A stretch of DNA of 63,997 nucleotides, filler included, from Thraustochytrium aureum (taxonomy: Eukaryota): assembly GCA_012862495.1 (NCBI GenBank). It is 8 parts of 6 records of this genome, joined end to end, with 100 filler letters (N's around TTAATTAATTAA, not from the genome) between each part and the next. Parts side by side here need not be neighbours in the genome. Positions count along the whole stretch, not along the records: positions 38,956 to 46,893 come from BLSG01000260.1; positions 46,994 to 54,427 come from BLSG01000261.1; positions 54,528 to 62,515 come from BLSG01000264.1; 5 more parts are not named here. One strand, 5' to 3'. The notes under the pieces were generated by a model, which saw nothing but the letters and a program-made list of their open reading frames with translations, did not search any database and was not told where the DNA came from. This document shows, piece by piece, positions 44,949-57,854 of this stretch; positions within the stretch are counted from its first letter, which is position 1, and each line of letters begins with the position of its first letter. The position numbers and the translations under genes are program-made.

Positions 44949-46893
44949 TCACATTGCTGTGCTGTCCATCGCAAGGTGCGCTTTGCAAACCCATAACACG
45001 CGGCCGCTATTGCTCTGCGCAATGGGGAAGAGGCCCGAATCCCGTCGCGCGTCAAACCCACTTGGCAGAAGCGTTCTCATCGTCTCAAGTGCGTTACGAG
45101 TTGCCGTCTGGGCTCGATACAGCGCATGGCCGAACTGGATCCCCCTGCGGTCCAGGGCCGATCCGTCCGCTGCGGCGCAGTCCAGCACTGCGGCTTCTGC
45201 AGCCGCCACTGCTTCGGCATCCGGATCGCCGCGCTGCGGCGAAGGAAACGCCGCTTGTAGCGCCGCCACGGCGTCGCGGGACTTGAGAAACTCCAGGCTT
45301 GGTAGGCTACTCCCGGAGAACGGGAGCGAGTACCCTGCGACAGCGGCAGCGCTCGAAACCCCCTCCAGGACCTTGAGCGAGAGCCGAATACCGGGCAGCA
45401 TCTTCGACAGCTTGTCGGTCGGGAGGGTCACCGTGACGGCATGCGACTTTGCGCATGGGCAGGACCGGTCCTCGCCTTGGCACAGGAAAACGAGCTTGTA
45501 CTCGTCGACTACGGACGACTTGATCGCCTGCGCGACGTTTCTGCCAAAGTTGAGCAGTTTCGTGACAAGCCCAAGGTCCTCCTTGTTGGAGGCCGCGGCA
45601 GCGGCCTCTGCCTTGACGCTGAGCGACTTCGGGATGAGGACGAAGAGCGGCGGAAGCGTTGCAAAGTGAATCTGCGAGGCCAACCTCATGGACGCGTCGG
45701 CCTTGGTCATCAGCGCCTTCGTTGTGGCCTTTATCTCGGCGAGGTCGTTGGCGATGCGCAGCAGGGTGGCGTCGAAAAACTGGAAATCGTCAGGGTCCAC
45801 AACTTGAGCAAGCCGGCTCGTGAGAGGGCCAGCAGGTGGAGTATGCGAAGTCATAAGGACGTGAACCGATGGCGCGTGTCTCGCGCCCCTATCGTCTCGC
45901 CCCAACAGCCTGGACACCTCGCGCAGGACGTCGTCCACGTGCGACAGAAATTGGGTGTCGGCCTGGCCCGCGTGCGTGAGGAGGACGACCACGCGATTGG
46001 CCCTGTGGACGCCGACTCGCGACGCTTTGTCCGACGCCCAAGAGTGCGTGAGCGGAATCCCGCAGCAGGCCTGAGCGTCCATGATTGACCGAACAATACT
46101 CAAGTCCGCCTTGGCGCTCAGGTAGTGGATGTGGTTTGGGATGCCTTGGCTCGTCGTGACGGCCTCCGAAGCCACGTGCGACCGACTTGCAGAATCGTTG
46201 CCGCTGGTCGCAGAACGAGCTGATGACACCAAAGACGCGACTTCGGCGGAGGCCAGGTTTGCCGCGTCAGGAGCCCCGCTATCAGAGTTCTGGCCGCCAT
46301 GGCTTGCCCCGGTATCCAATGCCCTCCACGTCGGCCCTTGGTCGATTGCGCTCAGACCAGGCGCCTGCCCTGCTGGGTCGACGCCGCTGAGAGTGCCCTG
46401 CCCCGCATCTGGAGAGGCATTCGATGTTGCACCGGCTTTGGACTTTGTTCCAGCGATGTTGAAGTGCATGCACGCAAACTCTGGGCCATACGTTCCTTTC
46501 GTGCGAAAGCTAACGACCCCAATGATAGGCTCCTCAGCACATTCCACAAAGAAATCAAACGGGATGCTCGCCACTTCGCCCGTCCAAACCGCATACGTAA
46601 CGCCGTCTCGGGCGGAAAACTCGACATCGTGGCCGCTCTGGCGTGCGGAAACAAAAACAAAGACTGGCGTTCCGAGCTGGAGCATGCCTTCTCGCTTGCT
46701 AACCTTTGCCGCCGCTGCGCGCTCCTGGCCAAGCACACGCTCAGCAGCCGTTTGCTCGGCCAGGCTTTCTTCGGGCTTTGCTAGCGTGACGAGGAGCATT
46801 TCGTGTGTCTTGGCGACGCAGCATGGCGGCGTCCGCAAGCCAAGCACGACGGGCACCTTGGTGACACCAGGGCGCCTACTAGAGGCCTGTTTT
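44949..46893 (-). CDS. Hypothetical protein with degenerate TIR-like region and COR-C-terminus-like domain (5' partial)
   Basis: Long ORF; GVHRANRVVVLLT (TIR-like); LPPLFVLIP..KLVFLCQ..H..LSLKVL..GL..GRVLWVCKAH. Confidence 0.5.
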
Positions 46894-46993
46894 NNNNNNN
46901 NNNNNNNNNNNNNNNNNNNNNNNNNNNNNNNNNNNNNTTAATTAATTAANNNNNNNNNNNNNNNNNNNNNNNNNNNNNNNNNNNNNNNNNNNN

Positions 46994-49606
46994 CAGGAAG
47001 GTCACGCCGTACTTTGGGCTATTGGAGGAGCTTAAAGCCGGCAAAGAGGCCGCGCAAGTGCGCGACCTTTTTGCGGCCCTCGCGCACAATGCCGCTTTGG
47101 TGTCGCGCAATCACAACGAGTTCAAGGATCTCCTTGGTCTGCTGTTTTTGTACGATTGGTCCTTTGGCGAGGAGGTCTCGCGCGCGTTCGAGGCCATCAT
47201 CTGCGGCCTCGTCTCGTCCAACGCGGGGTTCCTCGAGCCCGTGTTCACCCTGTTGGTGAAAAACTTTTTCCCCCCAGATCACGGCGACTCAGACTCGGAC
47301 TCCGACTCGGAGGCCGGGTCTGATATCGACGTCGACGAGCAGGGAGGCGTAGATGTTTCTGTCAAGAAAGAAGGCGGCGAGGCGCGCGAGGGAACCAGCG
47401 ACCTGGAGCGGTCACGGCTCGACCGCGTTCACGTGGCCATGCAGTCGATCCTGCGGATCCTGCCCCTGGGGTGCACCACGCTCCTGCCGGTTTTGGTCGC
47501 CCAGTTTCCGCGGCACGCCGAGCCACTGGAGCGACNNNNNNNNNNNNNNNNNNNNNNNNNNNNNNNNNNNNNNNNNNNNNNNNNNNNNNNNNNNNNNNNN
47601 NNNNNNNNNNNNNNNNNNNNNNNNNNNNCCAGTTTCCGCGGCACGCCGAGCCACTGGAGCGACAGCTCGCCTTCGTGCGCGAGGCGTTCCGTGTCTGCGA
47701 CTATGTCCCGGTCCTCCGCGACCGCATCGTCGCCCTCGTCGTCGAGCGCCTCCTCTCGTTGGACAGCGAGCTGCGCATCGACGACCTTGGCGCTGCGGCG
47801 GACGACGAAGGCGGGCAGGACGGCGAGCTCTTCGCCATGGACGAAGTCGCCTCGGAGGCCCCATCCTTCGACGACCGCGACACCATCGAGGTCGAGGACA
47901 TCGAGCGGTCGCGCAAAGCGGAACGGCAAGCAAACCGGCGCCGCAAAGACCTCGAGCGCGTGAAGAGCGCCGCAGAAAAGCTTGACCAGCTCCTTGTGCT
48001 ACTGCTTGACTACAGCGACGACCAGGCGAACCGCGGAAAACGCGTGGCCAAGGTCTACTTTGACCTGATGCTCAACATATTCGACCGCCTCGTTCTGCGC
48101 ACGCACAGCTCCAAGTTTGTGCAGTTCGTGCACTTTTACATCTGCAGGAAGCGCGCCGACTTTGTGGACCGGTTCCTGGAGCGCTTGCTCGAGCGCGCTC
48201 TGGGCGGCGCGTCGCACTTAGGCGCCGCGGCGCCTCCGGCGGTGCAGCTCTGCGCGGCAAACTACCTGGCGAGCTTCTTGGCTCGCGGCCTGTACATCCG
48301 CGTCGACGCGACCCACTCTGCGCTCCAGCACATGATGCAGTGGGTGCAGGCGTACAACGCCAACTTTGAGAGGGTCGCTGCAGAGTGCAGGCGCCGTCAC
48401 GGTCGGGTCATGGTTGAACCATCGGACCACGTCCAGTTTTTCGCAGTCTGTCATGCCTCGATATACGTGCTCATGTTCAAGGGCGAAGATCTAGACACTG
48501 GGGATCTCAAAGCGCTCGGGTGGGATGTGCTGGCCCAGAGCCCGCTCAGGCCGCACTTGCACGTCTCGGGCGACTTGCTCGAGGAGTTCGTCCGCTTCGC
48601 GCAGGCCAAGGAGCTCCTCGCGCCTCAGCTGTGCGCCGCGATGCTCCAAGAGCACGCGCGAGTCAAGCCGCTGCCGGCAGCCTCAGCTCCCTCACAAGTC
48701 CTCGCGCAGGCCGAGGCGGCAGCTGGACGCTCGATGGCCGCAGCCCTGGCAGGGGCCTCTGTCGCGCCTCCGTCAGCGCCGTCGGAGCCTCAAGCGCAGC
48801 GCGGCGCGACAGCGGTTATGAACGAAGATGAAGCGAGCGCGACAAGGGCCATGAGGATCCTCGCCGAGCACTATCCGTACGATCCGTGCCTGCTTCGCCG
48901 CACTGCTGCTCGCGTCGAGCCGTTTTACCAGCACTGGCTGTCCGCCGAAGGCGACAAGCACGCTGATGCGTACGAGCGCTGCGACGCGGCCATCGAGGAG
49001 CAGTCGGGCGCCGAGCTGGACGAGCGAGCCGCAGCGGAGGCTGACGAGCGCGAGCAGGCCAACATTCAGGCTGTTGAGCGCGAGCTGGCCCACTCCGACG
49101 GCATTTTGCCCCCGCCTATCGAGATCCCGGGGCTCTCGCAGCGCGCCGCCCGGATGCTGAGCCAGCTTGGAGCTGGCAGCACCGTGCTAGGGAGCTTGCG
49201 GGCCAACACAGACACGTTTTGGGAGTCCATGTTTGCCGCGCCTGCCTCGATTGCCTCTTCCGCGGGCAGCGCCAGCTCCGCAGCGCGGTCCATCTTCGCA
49301 GAGTCGCCGCGATTGTCGTTTCTGGGCGCAGACAGACCTCTCGCAATGTCGCTGCAGTCCTCGTCGATTCGGAGCTCGAGCATGTCTTCGGTCGGGGGCT
49401 CGGGGGCGGTCCGGGGCGGCATCCTCCGTGCGCGCATCCTTGGAGAAGTCGCGCACTCGGCTCGTAGTGCGGCTTCTGGTAGTGTGGTGTCTGCCGCGGC
49501 CAGCACCATTGGCACGCCCCCTGTTGGGGTGCCGATCCCCGTTGTAAATAAGGCGGCCCGTGGAGTCTCTGAGGACAGTGGGGACGGACTGTCGGGCAGC
49601 TGGTAG
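46994..49606 (+). CDS. RRN3: RNA polymerase I initiation factor RRN3/TIF-IA (5' partial)
   Basis: VERLLSLD, KLDQLL, LRTHSSKFVQF, AANYLASFLARG, FFAVCHASIYVLMFK, YPYDPCLL. About 35 nt are duplicated on both sides of the gap at 47536-47628, so the gap is spurious. Confidence 0.9.
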
Positions 49607-50053
49607 CGGCCACACGGAGTAGATCAAGCAGCCCAGCCCTGTTCTGTTTTGCTTTGTTTTGCTTTGTTTTTCTTTGATTTTGCTTTGNNNNNNNNNNNNN
49701 NNNNNNNNNNNNNNNNNNNNNNNNNNNNNNNNNNNNNNNNNNNNNNNNNNNNNNNNNNNNNNNNNNNNNNNNNNNNNNNNNNNNNNNNNNNNNNNNNNNN
49801 NNNNNNNNNNNNNNNNNNNNNNNNNNNNNNNNNNNNNNNNNNNNNNNNNNNNNNNNNNNNNNNNNNNNNNNNNNNNNNNNNNNNNNNNNNNNNNNNNNNN
49901 NNNNNNNNNNNNNNNNNNNNNNNNNNNNNNNNNNNNNNNNNNNNNNNNNNNNNNNNNNNNNNNNNNNNNNNNNNNNNNNNNNNNNNNNNNNNNNNNNNNN
50001 NNNNNNNNNNNNNNNNNNNNNNNNNNNNNNNNNNNNNNNNNNNNNNNNNNNNN

Positions 50054-51335
50054 CGCTGGGCGAACTGGACGTCATCGAGATCCTGCGCGCCAGGGCCGAG
50101 CTCGGACTTGTCCAGCCCGATCATGACGTACATCGCCCCTTGCGGCACGATCACTTGGATCCCCTTGACTCGCGAAAGGCGCTCGGTGAGGAACTGCGCG
50201 TTTGCCTCGAGTTTGCTCAACGTGTCCGCGTGAAAGGCCTCCAAGGCAGCCTCGTCGGCGCTGCCGCTCTCTGGTGCCAGGATACGAGGCAGCGCTGCCT
50301 GGACGAGCGTGTTCGGGCCGACCAGAAGCTGCGAGAGCGCGATGACGCCTGTGCGAACCTCCTGCAGAGCAGTTCGCGGCGCCGCCGCGTCTGGGCTGCT
50401 GGCAGGGACGTCGTGGAGGATGAGCCAGCCGAGGCGGAAGCCTGGCACGAGAAATTCCTTGGCGATCCCTCCAACCTCGAGTATCGGGACCGTCCTCGTC
50501 AACGAGGCAAGCGGGTGGAACGTGTTGCCCTTGAACACGAGGTTGCCGTAGATCTCGTCCGCGATGACAGGCAGCTTGTGCTTGTGCGCGATACCCAACA
50601 GGGCCTCCAAGTGTTCCTTGCTGTACACGCTGCCGCAGGGGTTGGAGGGGTTGTTGATGAGGATCGCGCGAGTGCGCGAGTCGATTTGCGCCTCGAGGGC
50701 CTCCAGGTCGGCCTCCCACGCCTTCTCTGGGACGAGCGGATAGTAGTGCACCTCGGTGCCGTTGCTTTTGGCAAGCGTCTCGTAGAGTGCGAATCCCGGT
50801 TTGGGGACCAGAAGGTTGTCCCCTTCGCTGCAGAGGGCCTTAATCGCAATGTCGAGCGCGCCGGAACAGCCACTGGCAAGGACGATGTCGTCCTCGCTCA
50901 AGGCTCGCCCCGAGGACTTGGAATACCTTGCGGCAACTGCGCGCCTGGCTGACTCCATGCCCGCGCTGTGCTTGTACCCATGGTTGGCAAGGTCGGCTAC
51001 CGCGTCTTGCACCGCCTTTACGAGGACCTCTGGCGCCCTGAGGTTGCCGAAAACGGTGGGGTCGCCGATGGACAGCGGGATCAGCTTCTTTTCGTCGGTG
51101 CTTTTGGGGATCTCGAGCTTCTGGATGATCGTACGGATCGGGTTGACTGTGCGCGTCGCATAGACCGAGCCTGTTGCGCGAACGCGGCCGAGTCAGTGCC
51201 CAGGCCCACGTCGCCTCGCGGCCGCGCAAAACCTCCCAGCCAACTCGCTCGCGGGGCACTCGCCAGAAAGCCAGATCGCGACGCGCGCCCAAACTTACGC
51301 GGCAGCACGGGGAACGAGTCGTCCGCTTGCTCCAT
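50054..51335 (-). CDS. TAT: Tyrosine aminotransferase (class I PLP-dependent); intron 51171-51298; 3' end in gap
   Basis: Spliced MEQADDSFPVLPR-SVYATRTVNPIR; LSIGDPTVFGN; SGCSGAL; INNPSNPCGSVY; ADEIY; GGIAKEFLVPGFRLGW. The intron has GTAAGT, ACTGAC and CAG signals. Confidence 0.92.
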
Positions 51336-52258
51336 CTCCTCACGCCGCTTGTTATTCCTTGGGCCTCCGCTCGGCGTGTTCAACGTTGTTTCGGGTTTGA
51401 CGCAACTGATGCGTTGCGTCCGGTGCTGCCGCCAAGCACGATCTCGCGCGCCGCGTCCAGGCGCCTCCGTTTAAGCGGACGACCTCTTGCGCGTTGCTAG
51501 CTCGATGGTGCGTCCTGCTGGGCTCGGCCGCCGCTCGATTCGGGTCTGTCTGCGTCCTGCGAAGAAGGAAGGGTCACAAAGGTCAAACTTCCCACGCTTC
51601 ATGCCGCAGCCTTGACTCGGCCATCCAGGTCCACGTCGAGGCCTCGACCGTGCAGCGATCTGACCTCGCGCGATTGTAGGCAAGCGCCGGGTAAGAACTC
51701 GCGTAGAACGCCGCAGTTTTGCGCTGGACGAGACTGGTTGTTCGCTCGCTGGGCATCGATCAGTTCAGGTCGGGAGAAGCAAGGCGAGCTGTCGAAGCAG
51801 CGTCGCGCCCAAGNNNNNNNNNNNNNNNNNNNNNNNNNNNNNNNNNNNNNNNNNNNNNNNNNNNNNNNNNNNNNNNNNNNNNNNNNNNNNNNNNNNNNNN
51901 NNNNNNNNNNNNNNNNNNNNNNNNNNNNNNNNNNNNNNNNNNNNNNNNNNNNNNNNNNNNNNNGACACGGCGGAAGGGAGCGAGAACCATCGGCTCCAGC
52001 GGCGAGTGTTGCAAGCGCGATTACACGGCGGTAAGCGCGATTGGCGGCGCGGAATCAGGATCGCCTCGGGCGGCTCTGTCGAGACTCGTGAGATTATTTC
52101 AAGTTGTCTACGAGTACATTCTTTTACAGGCTAGCCCAGCCCTGCGGCGCTCGCCCCAAAGTACAGCGCGAAGGCAGCCAGGACTACGCAAGCGACTGCC
52201 AAAACTGGCCGCCTCTGGTACCACCTCAGCCGGCGCAACTTGAGGGCTTGAGCCACGT

Positions 52259-54427
52259 TTACAAGCTTGACCCCGCGAGGCGCCGTGGGGGCCTCCGGCA
52301 AAACGTGGGGCACGCTCGAACCACCACGCTTCGCCGCCGACCATCAGAGACAGCCCGCGAGCGCCGCGGGAGAGATGCCGTCGAGCACGCCCCCGTCTCC
52401 TTTTCGACTGCAGGAACTCTAAAAAAACAGGTTGGGCAGAATGCACTTGTGCGGCCATCGCTGCAGGTCGCAGCCACTCGTGCGCGGAGCAACGTGCCCG
52501 GCTTTGTAATCGAAGGCAAAGCGAATTGCGTTTCTGGGCCGTTGTACACCTCGCGGAATTGCTTGTCGTCGCCACCCTCTTCGGCGACTTGAACAACATA
52601 TGTCGCGACTGTCGTGCTGGCCTTGGGCGGGCTCCAAGCGACGACAACAAGGCCGTCAGGGCCAAGACCCACGGAGGCTTTCAGGGGCGGGCACGGGCAC
52701 TTGCGCAGCGTTCGCACCTGGGCCCACTCGCAAAAGGGGCCAGCCCCAACTTTGTTCACCGCTCGACTCCGCACCGCGTAGGCCGTGTCCGGATCAAGGC
52801 CCTTTACCTTGGCGCGAGGCGACTCCCTCGGGAAAAACTGCATCGAGCCTGCAGAGTCGCTCCCGGACTCTAGCGCGGCCAGCGGAACCACGTGAACGTC
52901 ATAGCCGAGCAGGGGTTCCCCTCCGTCGCTCTCCGGAGCTCTCCACTGACACCTGATCCAGCTCGGCGCTGACTCGACGAGCTCGAGGCCTTCCGTCGGG
53001 CCAGGTGGGAAGGCCGGCGCGAGAAGCGCGACGCTGTCAGAAGCAGCGCCGGTGCCAGCAGCGTTTGAAGCTCGAAGCTGGACGACGACCAGGGAGCGCG
53101 GCAACACGTGGCCGATCTCCAGTTTGCGCTGAGTGACGGGGATCCAATTCTGGTCCAGCACCGCGCCGTCGGCAGGTTTGGGATCAGACGAACCGCGGCG
53201 CCGGGTTGTCTGGGCTCGAACTTCGAGCAAGACTTCATAACCAGTGACCGGGGCGCCGCCAGAGTCAGCAGGTTCGTCCCAAACGAGAGCCAGGCAACGG
53301 GGCTGCGACGGATCGCCGCCGCTTGACTGGCCCGCTTGGTCCATCACAAGTCGGGCACCGCAGGGCGGCCCAGGCGGAGCTGGTCGCGTCACGGCCCCAG
53401 CTGGGAGCGACCAAGCCCCGTTGCCAAAGGAGTTTAGTCCCCTCGCCCGCAGAACGACGGCACAGGCTGGCGCGGGAACCGCGACGCGGATCGGCTCGTC
53501 GCTTGCTTGCGTTGCGCTGACCGTGGCAACGGTAGAGTAGCTCGGGCTGTCGAACGCTACTACGGGGGTTCCAAAAGGCGCACATGCGCCTTGGGCGAGC
53601 TGAGCCAGAGCCACTGAGACCTCGTACGCCTTGGCCCGACCTCTGTCCCGTCCACTTGATAGCGAGGGAAGCTGAACAAAGACCGCGTCGTGTGCCACTT
53701 GCACTACACGAGGCGCTGCCAGCTGGGCAGGCACATTCGGCCCCGCAAACGCGCCTGCGAGGACAGCACTCGGCAAGCCCAAGCCTGCTTCATTCACAGC
53801 GATGACGCGCACGTCGTATGATATGCCAGGACAGAGCCCTCCCACCGTTGCGCGGCACTTGGCACCCACGTCGCGAGCGGCGGACTCGCAATCCACTTGA
53901 AGCACCGTCCTCCACGAGCCGGTTTCGAGCCCCTGACCCGGTTTCTTTGGGGCTGTGTCATCGGCTGGAAGTTCTCCGCGCACGATGTAGGCGCAAGACG
54001 CTTCGAATGGTTCTGTCGAGTCGTCCAGAACAAGGTTGTACCCGGTGCTGGTCTGGCTCGCAACAACAGCACCGACATAGTCGCCACGGGCGGGGCTCCA
54101 CACGCCGCACCTTGACCCTGGTTCCAGTCTCGCGAGCAGCTCTGTCGGCTCGGCGCTGACCTGAACCTCAGGGTGGTCCAGCAAGCAAACGAGGACGTTC
54201 CCGTGGCGGTCCGGGTCGTCGCCGAGCACTCGCGCGACGTGCGAACACAGGGTCGCGGGGCAAAACCAGTCACTAACCGTACCAGGCGCTGTCGCCGCTC
54301 GAGGGGCAAGGCGCAGCACTTGAAGGCGCGCCGCAGGAAGCGCAGGGAGCGCGTTCTCGGCCCCTTTTCGCCAGCGTTTATGCACGTGCAAGCTGGTGGA
54401 GCGTAGGGGGCAAGTTCGCAGCGCGCG
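52259..54427 (-). CDS. Fibronectin type III repeat protein (5' partial)
   Basis: Repeated FN3 motifs: WDEPADSGGAPVTGYEV, LCPGISYDVRVIAVNEAGLG, LDPDTAYAVRSRAVNKVGAG. Confidence 0.85.
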   Translation of the reverse strand, partial: RALRTCPLRSTSLHVHKRWRKGAENALPALPAARLQVLRLAPRAATAPGTVSDWFCPATLCSHVARVLGDDPDRHGNVLVCLLDHPEVQVSAEPTELLARLEPGSRCGVWSPARGDYVGAVVASQTSTGYNLVLDDSTEPFEASCAYIVRGELPADDTAPKKPGQGLETGSWRTVLQVDCESAARDVGAKCRATVGGLCPGISYDVRVIAVNEAGLGLPSAVLAGAFAGPNVPAQLAAPRVVQVAHDAVFVQLPSLSSGRDRGRAKAYEVSVALAQLAQGACAPFGTPVVAFDSPSYSTVATVSATQASDEPIRVAVPAPACAVVLRARGLNSFGNGAWSLPAGAVTRPAPPGPPCGARLVMDQAGQSSGGDPSQPRCLALVWDEPADSGGAPVTGYEVLLEVRAQTTRRRGSSDPKPADGAVLDQNWIPVTQRKLEIGHVLPRSLVVVQLRASNAAGTGAASDSVALLAPAFPPGPTEGLELVESAPSWIRCQWRAPESDGGEPLLGYDVHVVPLAALESGSDSAGSMQFFPRESPRAKVKGLDPDTAYAVRSRAVNKVGAGPFCEWAQVRTLRKCPCPPLKASVGLGPDGLVVVAWSPPKASTTVATYVVQVAEEGGDDKQFREVYNGPETQFALPSITKPGTLLRARVAATCSDGRTSAFCPTCFFRVPAVEKETGACSTASLPRRSRAVSDGRRRSVVVRACPTFCRRPPRRLAGSSL

Positions 54428-54557
54428 NNNNNNNNNNNNNNNNNNNNNNNNNNNNNNNNNNNNNNNNNNNNTTAATTAATTAANNNNNNNNNNNNNNNNN
54501 NNNNNNNNNNNNNNNNNNNNNNNNNNNGGGAGGCTTGGGCCGGCCCTCGACGAGAGG

Positions 54558-56346
54558 ATGGCTGCGGCGGCGGGTCGCAAGGTGGTCAAGAAGGTGACGG
54601 ATTATGTTGTGCTGGGCGCCGGGTCGGCCGGGTCGGTGCTGACGAACAGGCTGAGCGCTGGTGGAGCCAACTCGGTGGCGCTGGTAGAGGCTGGGCGGAC
54701 CGATGTGGGGCGGTGGGATTCGTGGACGATCCAGATGCCGGCGGCGCTGACGTATTCTGTGGCCGATGAGCGGTACAACTGGAACTACTGGACGGTGCCG
54801 CAAAAAGGGCCTGGCGAACCGGAGCGTGCACCAGCCGCGCGGCAAGGTGCTCGGCGGATCCTCCTCGATCAACGCCATGGTGTACGTGCGCGGGCACGCG
54901 CTCGACTTTGAGAGGTGGGCGAACGACGAGGGCGCCAAGGACTGGGCCTACAAGGACGTGCTGCCGTACTTTAAGCGAGCGCAGGCGTTCACGGGGCTCG
55001 ACAAGACGGCGAGCACAGACCCCAGCCCGTACAAGGGGTACGAAGGCCCGCTCAAGGTGACCAACTACGAGAACAAGGGCAGCCGCACCAACGTGCTCTT
55101 CGACGTCCTCGAGGAGGCTGGCGCAGACGCCGGGTACGCGATCACGAACGACACCAACGGGTTTCGCCAGGAGGGCTTTGGGCCCTTTGACATGACGATC
55201 GACGCCAAGACCGGCAAACGCTGCAGCGCAGCCACCGCCTACCTGCACCCAGCGCTCAACAGCCCCGAGCACCAGGTCGATCTCTTCTCGCGCACGCTCG
55301 TGCGGCGCGTCCTCTTTGACGAGCCCGAAGAGCGCGCGGGGGCCGCGCCACGCGCTATCGGCGTCGAATGCGAAAACCTCGACTCGGGCGAGCTGTTCGA
55401 GCTGCACGCGCGCAAGGAGGTCATCGTGAGCCAGGGCGCCGTCGGGTCGCCCCAGCTGCTCCAGCTCTCGGGGATCGGCGACTCGGCGGCACTGGAGCGC
55501 CTCGGCATCCAGACCGTGCACCACAACCCGCAGGTTGGCGCAAACCTCCAGGACCACCTGGAAGTGTATCTGCAGTACCTGTGCGAAAAGCCGGTGAGCC
55601 TCTACCCGGTCGCCTCTTGGACGTTGCGCCACTTTCACACGCGTGTCATGGTCGGCCTCGAGTGGTTTCTGCGCGGCACGGGGATCTGCGCCTCCAACCA
55701 GTTCGAAACCGGCGCTTTCATCCGCAGCGACAAAGGCATCCAGCACCCGGACATCCAGTACCACTTTATTCCCGGCTGCGTGCTAGGCCAGCTCGAGTTC
55801 CTCCCGCACCACGGGTTTCAGATCCACGTCGGGACGCTGCGCCCCACCTCGCGCGGGTCGGTGCAGATCACCAGCGCCGACCCGAAGGCCGCGCCCCTGA
55901 TCGACCCCAACTTTCTTGACACGGACAAGGACGTGGAGGACATGCGCAAGGCGGTGCGCCTAGCTGATGAAGTCATTCAGCAACCCGCCTTTGCTTCGTA
56001 CAAGGGCAAGCGGCTGGCGCCAGAGCCCGGCATCGACATGGGAGACATGTCGGCCAAGACGGACGCCGAAATCGACGCATGGGTGCGCCAGAGCAGCCAT
56101 TCTGCGTACCACCTTTCCTGCACATGCGCGATTGGGCGCGTGGTGGACTCGGAGGGCCGGGTAGAGGGCGTCAGCGGCCTGCGCGTTGTGGACGCTTCGA
56201 TCATGCCATCCATGACGAGCGGCAACCTGAACGCGCCAACCATTATGATCGCCGAGAAGATCTCAGACAGCATCCTTGGCCGCCGCCTCGAGCCGGAGGA
56301 GCAGCCGTACTTTGTGCATGCCGAGTGGGAGTCCAAGCAGAGATGA
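54558..56346 (+). CDS. CHDH: Choline dehydrogenase (GMC oxidoreductase); frameshift near 54803
   Basis: DYVVLGAGSAG, SWTIQMPAAL, PRGKVLGGSSSINAMVYVRG, NLQDHLEVY, AYHLSCTC, SGNLNAPTIMIAEK. Confidence 0.93.
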
Positions 56347-56523
56347 GAGCGCGAGCGCGACCTGGTGGTCGAGGCGAAAACTACGACTAAGAAATCAAGC
56401 GATTTTCGCTCATGAAAAGGAGAGCTAGTGGAGCTGTCACGAACCGAGCAGGCTTTGTTGCTTTTTTGCTATGCTCCAGGGCGGCAAGTCGATGAGTGCC
56501 GTGCGCCTTTTTCGCGGCCCGGG

Positions 56524-57854
56524 CTAGTGGTCGCCGGTCTCGGCGCTCTCGGCCTCGGCGCCAGCGTCCTTGCTCTTGCCCTCTGCTTGAGCGGCGCCCT
56601 CCGCGGCGCTTTCTGGTGCCGGCGGCGGCGGAGGAGGCGGAGGCGGCGTCGGGTCGTCTTGCTGGCGCGCACGGTCAGGCGAACCCGGGGCGTCGCCACT
56701 CGGCTGTGCAAACTCGTCGAGATCCTCGCGGCGGCGAATCTCGACCTGCGCCTCGCGGATGACNNNNNNNNNNNNNNNNNNNNNNNNNNNNNNNNNNNNN
56801 NNNNNNNNNNNNNNNNNNNNNNNNNNNNNNNNNNNNNNNNNNNNNNNNNNNNNNNNNNNNNNNNNNNNNNNNNNNNNNNNNNNNNNNNNNNNNNNNNNNN
56901 NNNNNNNNNNNNNNNNNNNNNNNNNNNNNNNNNNNNNNNNNNNNNNNNNNNNNNNNNNNNNNNNNNNNNNNNNNNNNNNNNNNNNNNNNNNNNNNNNNNN
57001 NNNNNNNNNNNNNNNNNNNNNNNNNNNNNNNNNNNNNNNNNNNNNNNNNNNNNNNNNNNNNNNNNNNNNNNNNNNNNNNNNNNNNNNNNNNNNNNNNNNN
57101 NNNNNNNNNNNNNNNNNNNNNNNNNNNNNNNNNNNNNNNNNNNNNNNNNNNNNNNNNNNNNNNNNNNNNNNNNNNNNNNNNNNNNNNNNNNNNNNNNNNN
57201 NNNNNNNNNNNNNNNNNNNNNNNNNNNNNNNNNNNNNNNNNNNNNNNNNNNNNNNNNNNNNNNNNNNNNNNNNNNNNNNNNNNNNNNNNNNNNNNNNNNN
57301 NNNNNNNNNNNNNNNNNNNNNNNNNNNNNNNNNNNNNNNNNNNNNNNNNNNNNNNNNNNNNNNNNNNNNNNNNNNNNNNNNNNNNNNNNNNNNNNNNNNN
57401 NNNNNNNNNNNNNNNNNNNNNNNNNNNNNNNNNNNNNNNNNNNNNNNNNNNNNNNNNNNNNNNNNNNNNNNNNNNNNNNNNNNNNNNNNNNNNNNNNNNN
57501 NNNNNNNNNNNNNNNNNNNNNNNNNNNNNNNNNNNNNNNNNNNNNNNNNNNNNNNNNNNNNNNNNNNNNNNNNNNNNNNNNNNNNNNNNNNNNNNNNNNN
57601 NNNNNNNNNNNNNNNNNNNNNNNNNNNNNNNNCGCACTAACCCCTTCCCGTTCGGTGACCTTGCCGTTCGCCACGGAGGCCTGCTGCGAGAGCAGAACGA
57701 GCGACTCCATGGCGCCCTTGCCCTTTTTCGCCGGGGGGCCGTCTTGGTCGGGAGCGCCTTTGTCGGCCGTGTCTTTCGACGTGCTTTCCGCTGTGCCAGC
57801 GGCATTTTCCCGCCCATTCACCGCCTCGGCTTGCGCCACGTCCTCGTCCTCCAT
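56524..57854 (-). CDS. Hypothetical protein, mostly within an N-gap
   Basis: ATG-led MEDEDVAQAEAVNG..PPAKKGK (NLS-like) before the gap; acidic/Pro-rich tail ending AETGDH-stop after the gap. Confidence 0.45.

Noticed and set aside
47501..47663. Direct repeat flanking the N-gap in RRN3 (similar case at 5224-5499)
   Set aside because: These are unmerged contig overlaps: collapsing them restores a continuous protein. They are not target-site duplications.
54558..56346. GMC oxidoreductase as the LPMO electron or H2O2 donor
   Set aside because: Motifs point to choline dehydrogenase, there is no signal peptide, and it lies on a different scaffold.
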